From Octopus vulgaris (Eukaryota): a stretch of DNA of 64,000 nt. Of this stretch, positions 53,151-64,000 are shown piece by piece. The first letter of the stretch is position 1, and each line of letters starts with the position of its first letter. The notes beneath the pieces are model-generated. The model saw only the letters and a list, made by a program, of their open reading frames with translations. It did not search any database and had not been told where the DNA came from. Where the stretch lies: assembly GCA_951406725.2 (NCBI GenBank), contig OX597817.1:65844001-65908000 (forward strand), written 5' to 3'. The position numbers were made by a program, and so were the translations under genes.

Positions 53151-54123
53151 CTAGCAGAATTTCCCGGCGATGCTCGGGGCTGAATTGCTTGAAAGTACTG
53201 TTAATGATTGCACTGAATCATGATGATTATTCAGGCAAATAATGATATAAGTTTACGGCGAATGAATGTATTTGTAAGTGTATAGAAAGCCGTGTAAAGG
53301 GGTTCCTACCCCCTCGTAGAATGTTGTAAGAATTGAATGCGAAGTTGCCTTGAAAAGAGCCATGTTATTGTTCTCATATCCACTGATAAGGCTTTTGTTG
53401 GTCTGAAGCTACAGCAGAAGACACATGCCAAGTTACCACACAGTGGGACTGAACCCAGGACCATGTGTTTGGAACGTAGTTTGTTACCACACAGCCACAC
53501 CTGCCCCTATGTATGTGTGTGTGTGTGTGTGTGCGTATGTGTGTATGGGTAGATATATTATGCATGTATATATGTGTATATATATATATATGTGTACATA
53601 TTACATGTACATCTATATATATACATCTACACATAAAATCTACACATAAAATACAAAATACAAAGTTATATCTTGATATCGCTAGTGATATCAATACTCA
53701 AAATATATAACAGACTGGAATTGTAGGCCCGTCTCTTGCAATTTCGATCAATTGGATCTTGTCCTCCCTCTTGTATAGAAGTGTACGGCTGCAGTGAAAT
53801 TCATTTTTGGACTTTCTTCTATCGAAGGCATTTTAACAAAAATGCTTCCGTAAAGACGGTGAAAATATTGTCAATTTCCCCAAACAGGGACACAATTCAA
53901 TTTTTAAACAATAACCAAAGCCCCTTCTACGAAAGGGGAGGGTTACGGTTTACAATTATTTAACAAATGCAACACAACAACGTTTCCCTGACGAGGAACC
54001 AACAAACGTGATTACAATAGTCAGACTAATAATAATAACAACAAACCTTTTTAATTTATCCCCATTTATGTGAAACCACTTATTCAAGTTCAAGTCATTG
54101 ATGCAATTTTATACAAATTGCTA

Positions 54124-54182
<59 letters not shown>

Positions 54183-54604
54183 ATAAGGGTGAAAAATTGA
54201 ATATTAATTTGATTAATATGAATTGAAAACCAGTGGTGTAGCATATAAGACCATAGCGGATCTTCCTCTAGCAAAAAGGATGACCAGTATGGCTCATCCC
54301 TGTTATGTAAATACTTTCGCTTTAATTGTTGCACACTTGCAAAGACAAAGTAGGAGAAAGTGTGGTGGTAATGGAAGGAGTGAAGCACTTGAAATGAAAG
54401 AGGCAAATCGTAAAATATTGAGTTTTCTCGAATTTTTGCTTAATTGGGGGTCAAATTGAAAAAAAACTTTACATGCCATGACCCAATCGAATCTACTTGG
54501 AAAAATCATAGGTAAATTCCAATTGAAGAAATTCTATATTGTAGAATTGTATTAAAAAGAAACATGGGAACAGGCAGAGAAAATCTGCCTTTTATCATAA
54601 GAGA
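53151..54604 (-). mobile_element. Non-autonomous Helitron with a nested SINE fragment
   Basis: Minus strand A|TCTCTTATGATAAAAGG ... CCCGAGCATCGCCGGG hairpin, AAATTCTG, CTAG|T: 5' TC, subterminal hairpin, 3' CTAG, A|T target and no TSD. Confidence 0.8.
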
Positions 54605-55399
54605 TTAACAATGAGTGTACTCTAACATAACCAATGATATTATACCATTTACGAAATTGTTAGTATATCACTAACATAACCAACTACAACACTAAGCCAT
54701 CAACACCAATCTTGTAGTACTAACATAGCCATCAACATCCTACCATAAAAAAACTCCAGTATCTCACCATTCATATGACCAATGAAAGCAACAACATACC
54801 ATCTATAATATAAATAAAATATTAACATAACCAACAGTATCATTCCATTGACAGTGAAAAGTTAATGACCAATAACATTGCACATAACATCAAGCCATCA
54901 ACAACACTTGTACCATAAAACAAACATACTCAACGATACCATTAAATCTAACATCACTAATGTTATACGATTGAAATGCTAAACAACATAATACTATTAA
55001 TGAATGCAATATAAAACCATATACATAACTAGCATCATATCATACTTTCATCAACACCTGTATCATACCTCTATCATAAGCAAGGAGAATATGCCATCAA
55101 CACCATCAATGTCCTACCACTGACATAACTAAGAATATATAATCAACAACTTCTTTATCATATGACTATCATAACCACCAACAATATCATACCATCAATA
55201 TAAACAACAGCTCCAATACCATGCTACTAACATAACTAATTATAACATACATTCAACATCAAAGTATCATACCATTAATCTAAGCAACAATAACATTATA
55301 TTATCAATTGTACCAATATCATGTAACTAACATAACCTACAGCATCAACGATATCAAGAAATATAATACCACTAACATAACTGATGACATCATACTCTT

Positions 55400-55665
55400 C
55401 ATCCATCTTTTTCCCTCAATATACCTAGGAGAATCGTTGGGATAGTGTCCTCGGTACCTCCTCCACAGGTCCCTGTCAGAAGCAGCTGTTATTACACTTT
55501 CCAGCTGGCTTCCCAAGCGTGACCAACTGAGACTATAGGTATTAGCCAATCACCTCATTCTTGGTCTACCCCTCGGTCTCCAGCTGATTGCTCAGTTTGA
55601 ATAATGTCTTGTAATTCTTTCCTGCAATATTCCTATTACATGTCTGTAGTACCAAAGCTGTGGTT
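55400..55665 (-). mobile_element. RTE-like LINE extreme 3' fragment
   Basis: QLWYYRHV...RPRGRPRMR*...SWSRLG......AASDRDLWR. Confidence 0.65.
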
Positions 55666-57280
55666 CGACCTGGAGAGACTCCCTGGTTTCCGAGTTATAC
55701 ACCCTGTCATATCATCAACTCCCAATATCATGCTAGTAACATAATTAACAATCCTTTCTACTATAGGCACAAGGCTAACAATGGGGGAGGGGTCCAGTCG
55801 GCTATATTGACCACAGCATTCAACTGGTACTTACTTCAACTCCCGAAAGAATGAAAAGCGATGTCAGCCTCGGCGGTATTTGAACTCAAATTGCAAAGAC
55901 GGACGAATTGCCGCTATGCATTTTGTGTGGCGTGCTAACGATCTGCCAGCTCGCTACCCTAACATAATAGACAATAACAACATACTGTCAACACCAAAGT
56001 CACACTACAAACTTAACCTGCGCCATACAGTTTCATTATTTTGCTCTTGGTTAACTATGATTAACAAGACTACATATTAAGACATTCAGTTAGAGTTATA
56101 TTTTCTTTTCTGTTAGTGTATGGGAAGGGTTATCTAAAACTACGATACCCAATGTCACCCAATTGCAGCATTTGATCTGAAAAGGTTTTGGTTGCTATTT
56201 GTAAGATCAAGAGCTTACAGGCTTTAACTTGTTTTCCTCCTAGCTCTGATGTATGCTATTTTGGTACTCTTAAGAACACCAACAGCACCATCGCACCAAC
56301 TGCACTAGCTAACTTGTATTTCGCTCGATCTAAAAGAAATAGCAGCCCAAATCGCCTCCGAATCACACTTTAATGTCTTAGAAAAATACACGCCGGGATA
56401 GCCTCAGATGGAATGCCTTTGGCAATAGGTAGACTCAATGAGGCTGATGTATGGCTAAACAAGAAGCATAACAGTAAAGTGGAGTCTGAGGGAGATTAGG
56501 CTGCTAATTCTAACAAATCGCCCTACCGCATTGAGGCCTCCTTACTGTGGCTGTGCGACTGGCACACAGAAGTTACGTATCACAGAACTGCTTGATTACA
56601 GCTAACCTGGGGTTATACCACCACCACCACGACCACCAACACCACCAACAACAACGACTAAAACATTAACAGCAAAAATAAAAACAAAAAAAAAACAGCA
56701 GCTGCATCCAGCTCTACAGTCAGAAAACAAACAGAGCAACTTAAACGATATTGACAACAATTGCAGCAACGACAACAATGCCAACAATATGAACTACAAC
56801 AACAATAATCAATGAATCAATTTTCAACCTATAGACCTCTGCACAACCAACAGAACTAAACAACAAAAACGACGACGACGGCAATAATAATACCCAGCTA
56901 CCTACAAGAAGAAAAGATAAACTAAGATGAACACAGTTTCTGAGGAGAAAGAGAGAGAGAGAGAGGAAAAGAGAAAGAGAGTGGGTTAGGAGAGAAAGAA
57001 ATAAGTGAATGAGAAAGAAGAGGCGGAGTGCATTAGAAAGTGAAGTACTTTTACCAACCAGCCCTTCACTTCATTTTCCCCCCTCTCCGTTGACAAAATA
57101 CATCATGTTTAGTCTGTTTATGTCGGTCCTCTTTGATGCTTAAAATCTCCTCCAAATTCATTTTAAAATAAACAAAATTTACAAAGCATAAGTATTCTAT
57201 ATTCAGACTATCGAGATGGGTCAATAATTATCGAGAGAGCCAAATTACACACGCACATAACACACACACACGCACACACA

Positions 57281-57334
<54 letters not shown>

Positions 57335-57693
57335 CATACACACTCACACACACACACACACATATACATGTACACATATATATATGCAATCATTTACAGT
57401 GTTGGAACGGATTGCTTTGCGGTAATCGTTCTGGTACTCTACGATCTGAAGTCAACCTACCTTTCATCCTTCCGAAACCAGTAAATAAAATACTAGTTCT
57501 GTACTGGGGTCGACTCTTCTCCTTTATGCACTCTTTCTTTCTCTCTGTCTGACTTTCTCTCATCTGAAAGAAACCGACTGAGGTCAGACTTGACGAGGGT
57601 TGGCGTGTACCAGTTTTAAAAATGTTCAAGTCACGGCGTATATCATGAGGAGGTCCTTTGAGTTGAGGGTACAAAGCGAGGCAAAGCATGCGT

Positions 57694-57732
<39 letters not shown>

Positions 57733-57910
57733 GCGCGCGCGTATGTGTGGGGTGTGTGTGTTTAGGGGTGACCCCAGCTAAAGGTAAGCTCAGACTAAGT
57801 TTGATATTATAAATATACCTATCCACTCTACCCAGCTTATTGAGTATTTTACCACATAATTTTTGCACTACGTAAAATATATCATCGGTATATTCTACTG
57901 TTATATTACG

Positions 57911-57978
<68 letters not shown>

Positions 57979-58014
57979 GGAGAGAGAGACAGACAGAAAG
58001 ACAGACAGACAGAC

Positions 58015-58084
<70 letters not shown>

Positions 58085-58159
58085 GCACACATATATACAT
58101 ACATGCACAACATACACACACATACACTCACACATGCATATATATGTATGTATGTGTGT

Positions 58160-58192
<33 letters not shown>

Positions 58193-58200
58193 TATACATA

Positions 58201-58273
<73 letters not shown>

Positions 58274-58275
<2 letters not shown>

Positions 58276-58448
58276 ATAACCTTTTGATAGGATTCATAAA
58301 CATTTAATGCACGTTTTCACAAATCACATGTCTCTTAAAATCACAGTCCGTATTCCTGAAATGATTACAGTGTAATCATCTCAAGAATACAGACTGTGAT
58401 TTTAAGCGATGCATTAAATGTTTATATCTTCCATCCAAGGATTATTGT
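58274..58448. repeat. Fold-back hairpin next to (TA)n
   Basis: CTTAAAATCACAGTC.GTATTC.TGA.ATGATTAC versus GTAATCAT.TCA.GAATAC.GACTGTGATTTTAAG, plus outer AAACATTTAATGCA/TGCATTAAATGTTT. Confidence 0.85.
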
Positions 58449-58829
58449 TGCTGTTACTATATTTATCCAACATTATATCGATGCAGCTCGATGCAACCCC
58501 AAAAACCTGGTTCACCAGTCAGCATCATTAGACTGACCGGAATAATGGAATAGGAGCTTTATTTGCATATTCAAAACGTTTCCCATAAACAAATTTAAAA
58601 GATATATATATATTTACTCAGGGCCTCCGTATCTCTCATGAGACTAATATGGTCATGGATATTTTATGTAAGAGATGTTATTGCTTATACATGCAAGACT
58701 CTCATCTCCATGCCACAGAGCCGGAACAGATACCGTTAAGTATACCATCCAACGCTCCAGCAATTCCACTGATCATCAACATGGACAGGTACTGTATTTG
58801 TCTACGCCAAAAGAATGAAAGGCGAAGTT

Positions 58830-59777
58830 TACTTCGGTAAGAGTTGAATCCAGAGCGCAGAAGTTTTGTTTATTTGAATAAAAATAACTTCAGCAGGTAC
58901 GCACAGTCTGAGTAGAACAAGATTTGAAGTATGACGAGGAGCGTCGTCTAAATGCAAAAATTCGTAGAAACATTTGTCAGCGAGGAAGAAATGTTCGACG
59001 AAACATTCAAGAAACAAATCTTGTGTAACCCAAGCATTTCTGTTATATTTCTCTGTAAGAAGCAGACTAGATTTGCAGATACCTTTCATTGCTCTCTCAA
59101 AGCAAATGAAACAGCAATGGTTTCATATCCCAGTCTTTTGTGGCATTTGCTCCTAGTAACACAATGTGAAACGATCTTTTGCTGTTTTATACTCTGGTGC
59201 ATTTTCCCCGTTTTTAAGATAAAAGCTTCTAAAGGAAATACTTTCATAATAGCCCATATTCATCTACGTTAACAACTAGATTTGGTGAATATTTACTTCT
59301 TAGAATATTCTTCAATTTTACTGCAAATTACGATGTAGTTTGAGTTACCAACATAAAGTGAATCTCCTGTTACCGAATGCTCGAATGCTATGGAGATTAA
59401 ATCGTTTTTCTTTTTTAACTTTTCACCCGTGAGAAGCAACAAACGTTTGAATAACTTTTTGAGCTTCTTGTTTCAACTGCTTAAATATCTTTGACATCTT
59501 TTGCTGTATAATGGGCTTAGGAGAGTGGTGCATGATGCTGTGATAAATGAACACAAACACTATTTTTTATGATTTTACTGTGTGTACATGTTAGTTTAGA
59601 AGCGTTAAGCTCTTGTAAATTTCTTTATGACAACTTTTATTTTATCAAATTGATTCATCGTAGGTTTTAAAGTGCAAGTCTAATGATTCTGCGACAACAC
59701 TTTTCATTTCTCTTTCTCCTACTCTTTACAATCTTTAGTTTGATGTCAAATGATATTGCTTTACACTTACGTGACAT
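58830..59777 (-). pseudogene. Decayed Tigger/pogo transposase
   Basis: MSRKCKAISFDIKLKIV (N-terminal HTH), KQQKDRFTL, NRNAWVTQDLFLECFVEHF and LLHLDDAPRH (DDE_1), with many frameshifts. Confidence 0.8.
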
Positions 59778-60233
59778 GAGATAAAAAGTATACTGAATTA
59801 ATTTTAAAAAAAACAACAAAATTACTATATTTTAAGAAATTACGAAATTGCTACACAAGTGTTGCAACGTTGCACAAGAAAATGCTCAAGTATGCAAAAT
59901 CAAATCGATTGAAATTGATAGCTGTCTTTTGTGCGTGCAAATGAAAACTACGAGATGGTTCCTTATCAAGAGGTTCAATTTTAAAAGGTAAATTTCCGGG
60001 AGTGCCAAAAAACAGAAATGGTTTTTCCCACGTTTCTTTGGCAGTTAAACTTCATTACCAGCTTCGTTATTATGAGGTTTCATTCATTCTAAGAGGAAGC
60101 GTAAAACGAGTCGCTGGTGTTTGTACATGTATATACATACATACATACACATACTACATACATTCACATACTACATACATACATAGACACACGCACACAC
60201 ATACACATACATATACATACATACGTGTGTGTG

Positions 60234-60619
60234 TGGAGGCGCAATGGCCCGGTGGTTAGGGCAGCGGATTCGCGGTCGTGGGATCACGGTTTCGATTCCC
60301 AGACTGGGCGTTGTGAGTGTTTATTGAGCGAAAACACCTAAAGCTCCCCGAGACTCCGGCAGGGGATAGTGGCGAAGCCTGCTGTACGCTTTCACTATAA
60401 CTTTCTCTCACTCTTTCTTCCTGTTTATGTAGTACCTGTATTTCAAAGGGTCAGCCTTGTCACACACTGTGTCATGTTGAATCTCCCTGAGAACTACGTT
60501 AAGGGTTCATGTGCCTGTGGAGTGCTCAGCCACTTACACGTTAATTTCACGAGCAGGCTGTTTCGTTGCTCGGATCAACTAGAACCCTCGAACCCACGTC
60601 CTCGTAACCGACGGAGTGC

Positions 60620-60622
<3 letters not shown>
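60234..60622 (+). mobile_element. tRNA-derived SINE, family B (full length)
   Basis: TGGCCCGGTGGTTAGGGCAGCGG..GGTTTCGATTCCC head with A and B boxes, body, and end at (TA)n. Confidence 0.85.
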
Positions 60623-60707
<85 letters not shown>

Positions 60708-61479
60708 CTTGAACGTAAATATTTTAACCGCTAGTTCAGTCATGTGAGATGCTAGTTCCTTTCCTTTTCACTCTCTTATTAGATATGTATTTGACAAGTC
60801 AGTTAGAAAGGTGCCGGTAATTTAACAATGTCAAAAGCTCAAATCTGTTGTCGAATTCTATGACATGGCGATCTTGAAATAAGGTAATGCCTAATATAGA
60901 CAAACATACATACACATACATGCAAACATGCATGTAGGCAACCATGCATGCATACACAGACATAATGATTGCTTCATCTTATCAGATGATAGCCGACTCA
61001 TTATTCATCGCTTATTCAACTTCTGTTTACTGTCACACGACCATGTACTTTAGGATTATTCATAAGACCAGCTAATGATTAACAATGTCACAAGAAAATA
61101 TCACTAACAAAACTTAACGTATCTTATACACCGATTATGTCTGCCTGTACTACGTGTCTTTGTAGCCTAGATTTTGACTATGTGCTTTGCTGTACACTGT
61201 ATGTAAAATATCTGTATCCATAAATATTGGTTTCAAATTTTGGCACAAAGCTAACAACTCCGGGGATGGGGTAAGTCGATTACAGCGACCCCAGTCCTTA
61301 AACTGGTACTTATTTTATCGACCTCCGAAAGGATGAAAGGCAAAGTCGACCTCGGTGGAATTTAGACTCAGGACGTAAAGGACGAAATGCCGCTAAGCAT
61401 TTTGCCCGGTGCGGTAACTTTTTTGACAGTTCACTGCCTTAATGTATCTGTAAATATTACCAGAGCACATCCACGGTTA

Positions 61480-62760
61480 TCACTTTTCTAGCTCTCCAAA
61501 TCGTTGTTCAGAAAGGCAGGTTCAGAAAGGCGACTTTATGTAAACCACGTTTGAGGCCAGCATTTTAAATCTGTCCTGTCTCAGACATATTACATCATTC
61601 CTTAAAGGAATGCATTCCGAATGATCACTGGCTCTTCGCCGTTGGTAACATTTATACCTGGAGATTTTAAATTGTCTTTTTATACAGCCCACGCATCTGT
61701 TCTGGGCTTATTTCATGAACTCTTTCCATTTTCCGTAGAACAGCTGTTCTGGGGTTCGTTAACTGATCATCCTTACATACCTGGCCAACACATTTAACAG
61801 GTGATGATCAATGTTTTAATGTTGGATTTTTCAGCAGAATCTCCTCAGATCAAAAATTCATTTTATTCTAAACTTGAAGTGGATTTCTACATAGCATTCT
61901 TGATAAGGAAAGACAATTGAAAGTTATTTTGGTTCGGAAAATCAAAGGGCGCAGTGGTATAGTGAAGTCCTTTTTGTCATAATAAGTTTAGTTGAACAAA
62001 TTGAACGTCCAACAGCATAAACTTGCGTTATGAAGATTCGAATACCGCTGCCATGTGGACAAAATGCTTCTATTTTCTTGGATTATGCTCTAACAGACAT
62101 AACCATCGCAGGTTCATAACGCCATTTCATCAGTCCCAAAGTATGAAAATTTGATATCTTCAATGCACGAATTGAAATGCAGCATGAGGCCTTGTTCACT
62201 TTGGCACTGGACATGTTAATAGCGATTTCAATTTCCATGATTTCCTTCTGGCAATCTAGATAGCTTTCTTTAAAATAACAAGGCTATATTGGTTCATCCT
62301 AGATCCAAATATAGTCAGATAACCCATTTCATAGCGATCCAAAAAGATTATATTCCAGTTAATATTTAATCTACGTATGCAGGATAGCACCGAATGCGAC
62401 ACTAGTTGCAAACTGGTTCGAGAAAATTTCAAGTTTCGAAAAGTTTGCATGAATGATATAAAAGCTCGTAAAGATATTAATGTTGGCATAGATAGACATT
62501 CGAGAAACTGTCTCTAATGAATTTGATGATCCTAGCTTTGACGATACCTGAGAAAACTTTAGGGACCAGGTGTACTGTTTGAGAGTTGAGTTGCCTGGTT
62601 TCATGGAAAAAAACGCAGTGATTGGACTAATGATAAATAATGCTACTATGACCAGTAACTGAAAACTATTCACTGAAGATTTTGGAATCTCCTGAACAAT
62701 ACTATGATGAAGCGCATCGCAAATGTTATCAGGGAAGTGGGGTACACTGATCAATACAAG
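61480..62760 (-). pseudogene. Highly decayed hAT (ZMYM1-like) transposase, tentative
   Basis: Ordered fragments across frames: SCIRRLNINWNIIFL (like Q.S.CIRYV..I.E.FL), CQKEIMEIE..*HVQCQS (like YVHC.AH), AFCP (like LC.TRW), LPTAKSQ*SF..LRND..QDRFKML (like the dimerisation motif). Confidence 0.5.
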
Positions 62761-63006
62761 TGGAGGCTTAAATTATATATGTTAAAGCAAGAGATTTTGT
62801 GGAGAATTTTTTCATATTTTTTTAATTTATTTCTGTGTAGATTTTTGTGTTTTATACATTTTTAATTTGTCCATTTATATATGTCACGTCCTTCATCCCT
62901 TCCTTGCTTTTGTATAATTTTTCCGTCCCAACAAGCCTTCTTAAACCCTGTTACTTTTTTGTATCTCTTAGTTTCCTTATAGCTATTATAGAAATGGTTA
63001 TCGCCG

Positions 63007-63052
<46 letters not shown>

Positions 63053-63122
63053 ATGATACGTACAAATGTGTTATATTTTATATTTGGAATCCATGTACTT
63101 ACTACCGGGTCAACCAATTTCC

Positions 63123-63425
63123 TTAGGTACCGCGGGCCTTTCGAACAATCCTTGCAGTTCCTAATAGAACAGATTTCTGTATTAATACACTAATCTCAAT
63201 AAGGGAACTACTAAGTCTGTAGTTAACGGTTACTGGGGCGACTAGAACTACTGGGATTACTTTTTCAGAAATCCTCCACAGCCTTCGTATTTTCCTAACA
63301 AAGTTCTGGTATTTTCCTATTTTCTCTTGTTCTTTAACAGCTACATTCATATCAGCAGACACAGCCATATCTATGATGATGCACTCTCTTGTCTGGAATA
63401 TCTGGTTGTCTTGCTTGAATTTTGC
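63123..63425 (-). mobile_element. R4/Dong-like LINE restriction-like endonuclease 3' fragment
   Basis: QPDI..IIDMAVSADMNVAVKEQEKIGKYQ...IRRLW...KVIPVVLVA.VTV...QKSVLLGTARIVRK: PD..D-type RLE domain and C-terminus. Confidence 0.85.
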
Positions 63426-64000
63426 GGCCGGTTAGTCTGAACAGTCTGTTATTGCAGTTTTTTTTCCTCGTTATATATGCAATTATACACATAACCTATA
63501 AACAAGCAGTTTTAAGTGAGTTGACAGTGTTAGATTATTTAACAATTTAATGAATTAGCATGAATCAAAATTCTTTTGTTTCTTTCCTGTTTTAGAAGGT
63601 TACTTGTTGCTACAAGTAACAGCCACACCAATTGCATAATCTACTATAGAGACAGCTGCTGACTTTGTGAATCACTATAATCCATTAAACAGTAAAACAT
63701 TGGCTGTTATATTTTGAGGATATTATACAAGGGGCTTTTGAAGCAGAAGCAATTTTTTTTTTTTTTACATAGAACTGATTCAGTCTAACTACAATATGTA
63801 GGCGTACATAATGGTAGAAACAGTATATTGTCATTCCTTCAAATGCTATGTTTGAAAATTCTATTCACAATATTTCCTGCCATTGAAGTTGCATTTCAAG
63901 TAAGGAGACTGTTACTACCCATTTATCTCTACCTATGTAACTCAATTTATGTAACTCTAACCAATCAACTATTTCAATGCATTCTTCTGATAGTTTATTT

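Larger units (their letters stand above)
47230..55395. repeat. Long G-poor degenerate satellite-like tract (ATCATACCA / CTAACATAACCA / TCAACAACA motifs) interrupted by TEs
   Basis: Recurrent short motifs and strong strand asymmetry over about 8 kb. Confidence 0.75.

Noticed and set aside
62371-62754. 127-aa ORF as a host gene
   Set aside because: Better explained as part of a frameshifted hAT-like relic; no independent support.

Overview
Eukaryotic, AT-rich, microsatellite-saturated non-coding DNA. The SINE and repeat content looks like octopus (inference from recalled families, not a database hit). I can support no intact host gene, and almost all listed ORFs are microsatellite read-throughs. 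The window is a mosaic of decayed mobile elements: Penelope-like elements (PLEs; a near-full-length RT plus GIY-YIG copy at about 7.9-10.6 kb and three GIY-YIG remnants), two Tigger/pogo remnants, a probable hAT remnant, a Tc1/mariner MITE, a Helitron with textbook ends, a Helentron/DINE-like element, RTE and R4-like LINE 3' ends, and four SINE families. The main signal is a dense set of hammerhead-ribozyme motifs between 0.5 and 23 kb. About ten have a recognisable core, three look essentially intact (13675-13730, 15489-15566, 22618-22701), and several more are degenerate. They fall into several unrelated sequence families, nearly all with palindromic stem III. They sit in short non-coding units wedged into (TA)n tracts, often as inverted or partial-tandem repeats. 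This resembles a population of non-autonomous PLE-derived or retrozyme-like ribozyme elements, with recurring U4C and A6U core variants.
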